Assembly (NCBI GenBank): GCA_035495115.1
Contig: DATJGJ010000014.1
Span: 1-53,958, forward strand
Length of the DNA stretch: 53,958 nt
From: Minisyncoccota bacterium
GTDB lineage: Bacteria > Patescibacteriota > Minisyncoccia > Phycocordibacterales > PALSA-1337
Direction of reading: 5' to 3'
The stretch's first letter is position 1. Every line of letters starts with the position of its first letter. The position numbers and the translations under genes were made by a program. The notes below the pieces were generated by a model, which worked only from the letters and a program-made list of their open reading frames with translations, did not search any database and had not been told where the DNA came from. This document shows, piece after piece, positions 17,875 through 25,217 of the stretch.

Positions 17875-17917
17875 ATTCAGCGGAATTATGTCGGCGCAAC
17901 GTCCTTTGAGCGCCGAC

Positions 17918-19618
17918 TTATTTACCCTTTCTCTTCTTGGCCGCTTTCATAAACTCCGTAAAGAGCGGATGCGGTGCGAGCGGTCGTGCCAAGAACTCAG
18001 GGTGGAACTGTGTGCCAAGGAAAAACGGATGCACCGAACGAGGGAGCTCGGCGATCTCCATGAGAGTACCGTCAGGCGACTTGCCCGAGAACACCAGACC
18101 AGCATCTTCTATCTGCTGTATATACTCTGGATTGACCTCATAGCGGTGACGATGGCGCTCCTCGATCTTGTCGGTACCATATGCTTCATGGGCCACACTA
18201 CCCTTCATGAGCTTTGCAGGATACCTACCGAGACGCATCGAGCCTCCATAGTCACCTTCAGCAATTTTTTTCTTTTGGTCAGGCATGATGTCGATGATGA
18301 CATGCTTTGCTTTTGGATCGATCTCCGCAGTATGTGCCCCCGCGAGACCGATGACATTGCGAGCGTACTCTATCGTCAACAACTGCATGCCGTAGCAGAG
18401 GCCAAAGTATGGAATCTTATTTTCACGACAATATCTGATAACATTGAGCTTGCCTTCGATACCGCTCTCGCCGAAACCACCTGGCACGATGATACCATCG
18501 AACTGATCGAGCGCAGAATAGTCAGGCTTCTTGCCTTCAAAATCGCGCGAATTGACCGTATGGATGACCGGCTTAACCTTATTGGCATATCCTGAGAACT
18601 TTATCGCCTCCAAGACAGAGATATAGGCGTCAGTCAGCACAAAGTCTCCTGTATTAAAATATTTACCTACAATGGCGATATTGAGCGTATGTTCATTGAA
18701 ATTCTTTATGCCTTTAGCGAACCTCTTCCACTCATCGAATGTTGGTCCCATCTTCCTTTCAGGCAGACTGAGCGAGTTCATGAGGATCTCGGCGAGCTGA
18801 TCTTTCTCAAAGTTGACCGGCACATCGTATATGCTCTCTATGTCTGGCGCTGATATGACATGCTCAGTTGGTATATTACACGAGATTGCTATCTTCTCTT
18901 TGCGACGATGATCGAGCGGTGTTTCAGCACGAGCAATGATAAAATCTGCATTGACGCCATATGAAGCCAGCTGACGCGCAGCATTTTGCGTTGGACGCGA
19001 CTTCATCTCACCGAGCTTACCTGGTGTCGGCAAATATGAAACCATGATAAACACCACATCTGCAGGGCGTTTCATCTTGAGCATACGAGCTGCTTCGATG
19101 AACATGACGTTCTGATAGTCGCCGATCGTGCCGCCGATCTCGACGATAGATATATCTGACTCATTGAGCTTCGCAGCATGCTCAAAACGATGAACGATCT
19201 CATCACGGATATGTGGTATTGCCTCGACGCACTTCCCGCCATATTTGAGCGCGCGCTCTTTTTCAATAACTTCCCTGTAGATCATCCCTGATGTCATATA
19301 ATCATATTCGCTCGCGTCCCGATTGAGGAAGCGTTCGTAGTTTCCCATGTCCTGATCAGTCTCAAGCCCGTTATTTAAAACAAAAACCTCACCGTGCTCG
19401 GTGGGGTTCATAGTGCCTGCGTCGACGTTGAGATAAGGATCGACTTTGACGAGATTGATGCGGAAGCCTTTGGCAGAGAGGACGGTGCCGATCGAAGAGG
19501 TGGCGATGCCCTTGCCTACTCCCGACATCACGCCGCCGATGACGAAGATGTACTTGTGGGGAGATTTGGGGATCTTGCTCGCAATCTTGTCTGCGACCTT
19601 GGCCGGCTTCTTGTTCAT
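17918..19618 (-). CDS. pyrG: CTP synthase
   Basis: KYIFVIGGVMSGVGKG, DPYLNVDAGTMNPTEHGEVFV, PGGFG, GLCYGMQ, ERHRHRYE, QFHPE; real start ATG 19618. Confidence 0.98.
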   Translation of the reverse strand: MNKKPAKVADKIASKIPKSPHKYIFVIGGVMSGVGKGIATSSIGTVLSAKGFRINLVKVDPYLNVDAGTMNPTEHGEVFVLNNGLETDQDMGNYERFLNRDASEYDYMTSGMIYREVIEKERALKYGGKCVEAIPHIRDEIVHRFEHAAKLNESDISIVEIGGTIGDYQNVMFIEAARMLKMKRPADVVFIMVSYLPTPGKLGEMKSRPTQNAARQLASYGVNADFIIARAETPLDHRRKEKIAISCNIPTEHVISAPDIESIYDVPVNFEKDQLAEILMNSLSLPERKMGPTFDEWKRFAKGIKNFNEHTLNIAIVGKYFNTGDFVLTDAYISVLEAIKFSGYANKVKPVIHTVNSRDFEGKKPDYSALDQFDGIIVPGGFGESGIEGKLNVIRYCRENKIPYFGLCYGMQLLTIEYARNVIGLAGAHTAEIDPKAKHVIIDIMPDQKKKIAEGDYGGSMRLGRYPAKLMKGSVAHEAYGTDKIEERHRHRYEVNPEYIQQIEDAGLVFSGKSPDGTLMEIAELPRSVHPFFLGTQFHPEFLARPLAPHPLFTEFMKAAKKRKGK

Positions 19619-19786
19619 GGAGCTAAGTATATAATATTCAGTAACCGGGAGACAATGACAAAATATATTACAAATTAAAATTACTAAATATACAAATAGT
19701 CTCAGTGGCGTGCGTATATGTGCAGCGGTTTTGGTCAAGGTGGAACATAAAACATTCGGGCCTGTATGCCTCCAACAAAATCGAGA

Positions 19787-19843
19787 TGACGAACTTTTTC
19801 CGTCAGTCCTTATTTTAAGCCAGTGACGAAATTTCTTCGTCAC
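19787..19843 (-). repeat. Dispersed twin-hairpin repeat, copy A (copy B at 42567-42622, opposite strand)
   Basis: Reverse complement aligns to 42567-42622 with 6 mismatches and 1 gap over 57 nt. Confidence 0.85.
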
Positions 19844-19889
19844 CCTATTTTTACGGACTTGTGTCTTGTATTAGTCGCGAAAAAGAAAT

Positions 19890-19934
19890 CCCACCATCTT
19901 GCGACGGTGGGTTCCCGTGTTGAGATGGTGGGTT
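19890..19934 (-). terminator. Terminator with a duplicated left arm
   Basis: Minus strand cccaccgtc-gcaa-gatggtggg then atttctttttc; a second arm cccaccatct lies just upstream. Confidence 0.6.
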
Positions 19935-20163
19935 ACAAAATGGCCTGTGCCGACATTTTTTCATGAGCGCGCAGAGATTCCTCCTGTTCGCTAGTGACGA
20001 AATCTTCACATTCTTTTTTGGTGCCAACGAAGACATCTTTCTCGAGGCCAAACATGCACACAACGACATGTGAGGATGCAGGGCCATCGGTGTTGGAATT
20101 TTGCCTTACTTCAAGGTCTGAAACGCTCCAGACTCGAGTTGCTACTACTCCGGTTTTTATCAT
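19933..20163 (-). CDS. Small hypothetical protein, 76 aa
   Basis: Strong SD (AAGGAG) before ATG and a terminator directly after the stop. Confidence 0.55.
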   Translation of the reverse strand: MIKTGVVATRVWSVSDLEVRQNSNTDGPASSHVVVCMFGLEKDVFVGTKKECEDFVTSEQEESLRAHEKMSAQAIL

Positions 20164-20250
20164 AAAGGACTCCTTAATTGGTTGGAATTGATTTAAGCTG
20201 TTCGGACACCATTATATCAATATAATTGTACCATGTCAAGTACCTAAATA

Positions 20251-21207
20251 CTACACCCTCAAATACTTCCTAGCTGCAACATAGCTCGATACCCCGCCGA
20301 GAAGGATGCCTGACCCCATGATGAGGATGAATATCTGTGGAAAATTGTGGACAAAATACGCCGACAACACATTTACGATAAGCGAGAAATTCGCTGCCAC
20401 ATCGACACCCGCCAAACGCAGGACGATAGAGTCACTCCAATAAGCAAATCCTGCCATGAGGACAAGCGTCAAAATAGCTGAGACGACACCATACATGATA
20501 CCCGACACGACGAATGGGCCACGAACGTAGATATTGCTTGCACCGACGAGCTTCATAACAGAGATCTCATCGCGCGCGGTATAGATGATGAGACGGATCG
20601 TGTTCCAGACGATGATGATGGCCACGAGGATCAGTATGAGAGCAATCGTTGCCCCTACTTGCTCTACCGTTGGGATGATAGCACTCAGGCGGTCGATGAT
20701 GATCTTGTTTTCTTCATAGTTAACCTTATCGATGATAGGTGTACCATCCTGATCTTCGGTATTTTTGCTCGTTAGGAAATTGGCGATATTGCCATACTGA
20801 CCAGGATCTTTAGCTTTGATATTGAGCGCTGCTGGGAATGGATTGCCACCGACTTCTGTGAGGCCTTGCATAATGAGCGCATTGTTTTGCCACTTGTCTT
20901 TGAAAGCGCTGAGAGCCTGGTCGGCAGAGACATACTCGACATCAGCCACTTCAGGCAATGCTTCGATCTCTTTTTTGAGCGAGAGAATATCTGCTTCAGG
21001 AGCTGTCAGCGTAAAGTACACATTGATATCGACTTTATTTTTGACATCGGTCAAAAGTGATCGGCCGAATGCACTGGCGAATACGAGCCCACCGAAAGCC
21101 GAGAGAGAAAGTGTAATGACAACAATAGCAGCAAATGAAAGAAAGCCATTGCGCCAAAAATTGACGAAGCCCGTGCGTGTTATGCGTTTAAAAGTGGTAA
21201 AAATCAT
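20251..21207 (-). CDS. ftsX: Cell division permease FtsX
   Basis: FWRNGFLS, NPFPAALNIK, NTIRL.IY..RDEI.VMKLVGAS..YVRGPF. Confidence 0.93.
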   Translation of the reverse strand: MIFTTFKRITRTGFVNFWRNGFLSFAAIVVITLSLSAFGGLVFASAFGRSLLTDVKNKVDINVYFTLTAPEADILSLKKEIEALPEVADVEYVSADQALSAFKDKWQNNALIMQGLTEVGGNPFPAALNIKAKDPGQYGNIANFLTSKNTEDQDGTPIIDKVNYEENKIIIDRLSAIIPTVEQVGATIALILILVAIIIVWNTIRLIIYTARDEISVMKLVGASNIYVRGPFVVSGIMYGVVSAILTLVLMAGFAYWSDSIVLRLAGVDVAANFSLIVNVLSAYFVHNFPQIFILIMGSGILLGGVSSYVAARKYLRV

Positions 21208-21241
21208 TAGAATAATTAGGTTAATTGGAAATTAGGTCAAT

Positions 21242-21922
21242 TTACAAAATGTACTTCCCCGACTTATCATCACGAATTACTTTCCCGTTTTCCATAGTAA
21301 TGACACGTCCTCCAACAGCATCGACGACGCCTTTATTGTGAGTCGTGAGAAGAACAGTCGTACCCATCTCATTGATCTTCTTCAAAATACGGACGATCTC
21401 AAAAGTATTGGTCGGATCAAGGTTTCCGGTAGGTTCATCAGCAATGATGATGTCTGGCTGGGTAACGATGGCGCGAGCGATAGCCACACGTTGACGCTCG
21501 CCACCCGAGAGCTCATGAGGAAAATTCCAGATCTTATGAGCGAGGTCGACAAGCTCGAGGACATGCGGCACATCTGCTGATATCTCATGATCCGTATGGC
21601 CCGATGCTTCCATAGCAAAAGCGATATTTTCGTAAATAGTCTTGTTCGGTATCAAACGATAATCTTGGAAGACGGTGCCGATACGACGACGTAGCTTGCT
21701 CATCTGTTTTTTATTCAAACTATGCACATTGGTCGACTCGAGGAACACTGAGCCAGCAGTAGGATAATCTTCAGCGATAAGAAGCTTCATGAGGGTCGTC
21801 TTGCCTGCCCCAGAATGACCAACGATAGTGACGAACTCTTTTGGCTCAACACCAAAGCTGACATTGTCGAGGGCAACTGATTTGTCAGGGTATATTTTTG
21901 AGACTTTGTCGTAGTAGATCAT
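21242..21922 (-). CDS. ftsE: Cell division ATP-binding protein FtsE
   Basis: GHSGAGKTT, VFQDYRL, LSGGERQRVAIARA, ADEPTGNLD; adjacent to ftsX. Confidence 0.95.
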   Translation of the reverse strand: MIYYDKVSKIYPDKSVALDNVSFGVEPKEFVTIVGHSGAGKTTLMKLLIAEDYPTAGSVFLESTNVHSLNKKQMSKLRRRIGTVFQDYRLIPNKTIYENIAFAMEASGHTDHEISADVPHVLELVDLAHKIWNFPHELSGGERQRVAIARAIVTQPDIIIADEPTGNLDPTNTFEIVRILKKINEMGTTVLLTTHNKGVVDAVGGRVITMENGKVIRDDKSGKYIL

Positions 21923-21935
21923 AAGTCTAGTATAC

Positions 21936-21993
21936 CAGTAATCCGTAATCAGTAAACGGTGACCGGGACGTGTTTTCTGTTTACTGGTTACTA
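21936..21993. repeat. Two facing heptamer arrays
   Basis: cagtaat ccgtaat cagtaaa cggtgac ... ttttctg tttactg gttacta. Confidence 0.6.
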
Positions 21994-22878
21994 CAACTCC
22001 CTCTCTGCTTCAATAAACATTTCAATATCACCCTCGAGCACCTTATCAACCGAAGAAGTCTCTACATCGGTGCGATGATCCTTGATCATCTTGTACGGAT
22101 GCAAGACATATGAGCGGATCTGATTGCCCCACTCGATAGCAGTAGTCGAAGATATCTGCATACCCTTCTCTTTTGCTTTACGCGCCTCTTCCATATGTTT
22201 CCAGAGCTTGCCACGGAGGATGTCGAGTGCCTTTTCTTTGTTCTGAGCCTGAGAGCGCTCAGAAGTTACATGGATAGATATACCTGTTGGCTTATGAAGC
22301 AAGCGCACTGCAGTTTCACGCTTATTCACGTTCTGACCGCCGGGGCCGCCCGACTTGGCGATCGATATCTCAAGATCTTTATCTTCGACTACCACATCGT
22401 CAGAAGAAGTCTTTTCAAATTCAGGGATGACTTCGACGAGTGAAAAAGATGTCTGACGCTTTTGAGCTGAGTTGAACGGAGAGATGCGAACGAGACGATG
22501 GACACCGGATTCATTTTTGAGCGTGCCATACACGTTTTTGCCAGTAATCTCGATAGTTATATTTCTGTAGCCACCATGATCATTTTCATTTGAATGAATC
22601 ACACCGAAGCTCCAGCCTTTTCCTTCCGCGTAGCGGCGATACATGCGCACGAGCATCGCCGAGAAATCCTCAGCATCGTCGCCTCCCGCGCCAGAGAGGA
22701 TGGAGAGGATAGCGTTGCCCTTGTCGTACTTTCCTATGCCCTCAAGGCTATCTTTGAGGTTTTGCAGCTCTTTGATAGCAGCTTGAGCTTTGTTCTTATC
22801 CTGCCAAAAATCCGCTCCTGCCATAGCGGCTTCGAGGTCGGCTATCTTCTGTTGGATTTTCTCTTTGTCACTATTCAT
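21991..22878 (-). CDS. prfB: Peptide chain release factor 2, short form with no frameshift
   Basis: [23 protein letters not shown] (RF2 SPF motif), [22 protein letters not shown]. Confidence 0.92.
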   Translation of the reverse strand: MNSDKEKIQQKIADLEAAMAGADFWQDKNKAQAAIKELQNLKDSLEGIGKYDKGNAILSILSGAGGDDAEDFSAMLVRMYRRYAEGKGWSFGVIHSNENDHGGYRNITIEITGKNVYGTLKNESGVHRLVRISPFNSAQKRQTSFSLVEVIPEFEKTSSDDVVVEDKDLEISIAKSGGPGGQNVNKRETAVRLLHKPTGISIHVTSERSQAQNKEKALDILRGKLWKHMEEARKAKEKGMQISSTTAIEWGNQIRSYVLHPYKMIKDHRTDVETSSVDKVLEGDIEMFIEAEREL

Positions 22879-22882
22879 CTTG

Positions 22883-22955
22883 AGCCAAAGGCCGGGATTG
22901 AACCGGCGACCCTCGCTTTACGAAAGCGATGCTCTACCAACTGAGCTACTTTGGC
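22883..22955 (-). tRNA. tRNA-Thr(CGT)
   Basis: GCCAAAG/CTTTGGC, TCGCT-TTCGTAA-AGCGA; no CCA. Confidence 0.95.
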
Positions 22956-22957
22956 GC

Positions 22958-23033
22958 TGGAGCCAATGTCCGGGATTGAACCGGAGACCTCGCCATTACC
23001 AATGGCGTGCTCTACCAACTGAGCTACATTGGC
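22958..23033 (-). tRNA. tRNA-Thr(GGT)
   Basis: GCCAATG/CATTGGC, CGCCA-TTGGTAA-TGGCG, encoded CCA. Confidence 0.96.
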
Positions 23034-23049
23034 GAATTTTGCATTTCAA

Positions 23050-23173
23050 AATTCGGATCGAGAGAATTCTTGTAGCGAAGCTGCAAGAATTTCGAGACCA
23101 GAATTACCTTTCGAAGGGAATTCGGATCAAAAGATTTATTTTAGCGAAGCTGAAATAAATTTTTGACCGAATT
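23050..23173. repeat. Tandem pair of ~55-nt hairpins with GCGAAGC apex
   Basis: Units 23050-23105 and 23119-23173 share their ends and apex; stem changes are compensatory. Confidence 0.85.
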
Positions 23174-23225
23174 TTCTATCTACACGGGTGCAGCTAAGAA
23201 TAGTCTATTTAAGGGATTATTTCAA

Positions 23226-23984
23226 TCACTCAACGATGAACTTCACCTTATTGCTCATTCTTCCCCATGGATAGACAAAGACATTATATTCTCCAGGAAC
23301 GATGCTCAGGTACGATGGGCAGGATTTTCCTGAATATGACGTATCCGCTGTACAATATTTATCCTTCAACGTGAACTTGATCAAGTTATCAGTTGAACCG
23401 GCATCATTGTATATGATCCCTTTTATGCCTGTTGTCGGGTTTTCTATCCATGCATATCTGTCACCTTCAAAACCAGTAAAATGATTACCACTGATCTCAA
23501 CAGCATCACCGATATGCGCAGGCGATGGGGCGACCATGGTGATCGTTGGACCAGTATTGATCAGCCCGGTGAGTTGCGCAACAAAATCATTTATAAATTG
23601 ATCTTGCACTATCTTTACTGTCTTTGCGCCATTCTGTATGCGCACGAGCACTGTCATCATGTCAGGATATGACTGTGGCTTCTGGATCTTTGACTTTATC
23701 AGACCGATAAATGAAGTGACATCCGCGGTGTATTTTTTATCTGAAATATACGCATTAAGCGCAGCAAGCTCCGCATCATCGAGCATTCCAATGTTTCTAT
23801 CAGCCTTAAAAACAGTGCCACCATAGTCCACGGTAATATTGTCATTGAAGCCGGCAATGCCCCCAGTACGCTGGAAATTAAATAGGGTGTGTTCAGGTAA
23901 ATTCTCTACACCGACGGGAATAATAGGAATAAAAACAAGCACACCAAGGATCAAGATTACAAAGAAAATAAGTAGTGGTTTCAT
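23226..23984 (-). CDS. Membrane-anchored/secreted protein with a C-terminal IPT/TIG-like beta domain
   Basis: N-terminal hydrophobic anchor; FQRTGGIAGF; P.AHIGDAVEISGNHF...SNKVKFIVE. Confidence 0.7.
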   Translation of the reverse strand: MKPLLIFFVILILGVLVFIPIIPVGVENLPEHTLFNFQRTGGIAGFNDNITVDYGGTVFKADRNIGMLDDAELAALNAYISDKKYTADVTSFIGLIKSKIQKPQSYPDMMTVLVRIQNGAKTVKIVQDQFINDFVAQLTGLINTGPTITMVAPSPAHIGDAVEISGNHFTGFEGDRYAWIENPTTGIKGIIYNDAGSTDNLIKFTLKDKYCTADTSYSGKSCPSYLSIVPGEYNVFVYPWGRMSNKVKFIVE

Positions 23985-24031
23985 ATGGGTATTGTACAAC
24001 AAATAAATGCTAGTTGGCTCGCTCCGGGCGC

Positions 24032-24057
24032 AAAAAATCCCCTTAAGGGGATTTTTT
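24032..24057. terminator. Terminator after tRNA-Asp
   Basis: aaaaaatcccc-ttaa-ggggatttttt perfect IR. Confidence 0.8.
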
Positions 24058-24060
24058 CTG

Positions 24061-24134
24061 CGCGCCCGGTGGGACTCGAACCCATGACCTCTCCCGTGAC
24101 AGGGGAGCGCTCTAACCAGCTGAGCTACGGGCGC
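24061..24134 (-). tRNA. tRNA-Asp(GTC)
   Basis: GCGCCCG/CGGGCGC, CTCCC-CTGTCAC-GGGAG, G discriminator. Confidence 0.95.
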
Positions 24135-24189
24135 AGTGAAAGGTAGTGTAGCAAAAAATGAGGAAAAGACAAGAAAACGAAAAAAAGTG

Positions 24190-24263
24190 TGTCGGCGGGA
24201 GGAATCGAACCTCCGACCTTGGGCTTATGAGTCCCACGCTCTAACCGACTGAGCTACGCCGAC
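24190..24263 (-). tRNA. tRNA with CAT anticodon (elongator Met or Ile2)
   Basis: GTCGGCG/CGCCGAC, loop CTCATAA, paired 1:72. Confidence 0.92.
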
Positions 24264-24374
24264 ATGACACACTGATATTAACTACATTATCGAGCAGCTG
24301 CGCTTTCTAGCCAAAACAGCTACGCCGACGTAACAGTCAGAATAGCTGAAAAATCGCTAATGTGCAATTGCAAT

Positions 24375-24403
24375 TTGCACCCTGCCCTATTTTGTGCCAC
24401 AAT
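24375..24403 (+). promoter_or_regulatory. Promoter for initiator tRNA, TTGCAC-17-CACAAT with extended -10 TG
   Basis: Exact spacing; ends 10 nt before the mature tRNA 5' end. Confidence 0.6.
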
Positions 24404-24413
24404 AGCCTTCTAT

Positions 24414-24485
24414 CGCGGGGTAGAGCAACGGTAGCTCGTCAGGCTCATAACCTGAAGATTGACGGTTCGATTCCGTCCCCCGCAA
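24414..24485 (+). tRNA. Initiator tRNA-fMet(CAT)
   Basis: CGCGGGG start with C1:A72 mismatch; TCAGG-CTCATAA-CCTGA. Confidence 0.93.
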
Positions 24486-24503
24486 CAAGATCAGTGTCAA
24501 AAG

Positions 24504-25193
24504 CTAAATATAATAAAACTCCTCAAAAACCTTCTTATATAGGTTTATCACGCGTTGCGCTTCATACTTTGTCAACTGAAACGCTGTGCCATCATGAGCA
24601 ATCTTGTTACGTACCAGGTGAGCATCCCATGCCGCTTGGAGATTTTCCATATCGCCTTTCACGACTCTCTTGAGCTTTTCGCCAATACCCTCACCTTGAT
24701 AGCCGAGTGTAGTGAGCACATCCTCGAGCATGATATCTGCTTCCATGATAGCTTGTCGCCAATCGCTTTCATTATCTGAACTGATATGCGTTTGCACGCG
24801 CTCCCAGCGATCAGCGAGAACGTGATCCGGCTTTACATCTGCCTCATATGCTGGCTCGACTTTGAGATCATATTTCTCTTCTTCTTTATTGCGGATATGC
24901 TTGAGTTGTTCGACACAATATATAATCCCAAGCAAAAAGAATAGTGAAACTGGAAAAGCGAGCAAGATGACGATATCGAGCGCTTTTTTCCCAACCATAG
25001 ATATGAGCGGACCGTAGCTACCTGTATATTTATTTGCTTCAGATAAAATATGAGGAACGCCGAAAGCGTTGAGTAACACTTGAAGGTATTCAGATATCGA
25101 AGGCCATGCAGCGATGAGAACGATGAGTCCGATCAAAGCTCCGATCTCAAGACCCGCCACCTCAATTTCCTTTTTTTCTTTTTTATCAGCCAT
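24504..25193 (-). CDS. Membrane protein with a C-terminal HEPN/DUF4145-like helical domain
   Basis: Two TM segments; WRQAIMEAD.MLE.VL...G..G..IGEKLK and AWDAHLVRNKIAH (Rx4H-like). Confidence 0.7.
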   Translation of the reverse strand: MADKKEKKEIEVAGLEIGALIGLIVLIAAWPSISEYLQVLLNAFGVPHILSEANKYTGSYGPLISMVGKKALDIVILLAFPVSLFFLLGIIYCVEQLKHIRNKEEEKYDLKVEPAYEADVKPDHVLADRWERVQTHISSDNESDWRQAIMEADIMLEDVLTTLGYQGEGIGEKLKRVVKGDMENLQAAWDAHLVRNKIAHDGTAFQLTKYEAQRVINLYKKVFEEFYYI

Positions 25194-25217
25194 GGTGAAT
25201 TACACCTATATTATACC

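Noticed and set aside
17888-18595. 235-aa ORF antisense to pyrG, and similar shadow ORFs opposite pyk, ligA, gatA, the P-type ATPase, tyrS, nitroreductase and recG
   Set aside because: They lie wholly opposite well-conserved genes and have no recognisable motifs
19619-19843. 75-aa N-terminal extension of PyrG in the ORF track
   Set aside because: Runs through a dispersed repeat and AT-rich promoter DNA; TATACT-7-ATG marks 19618 as the start
22879-22960. Upstream prfB exon with a +1 frameshift
   Set aside because: The upstream DNA is tRNA-Thr and no CTTTGA slippery site was found
22790-23158. ORFs spanning tRNA genes (also 24362..24673, 50994..51176, 51758..51943)
   Set aside because: Translation artefacts of tRNA sequences
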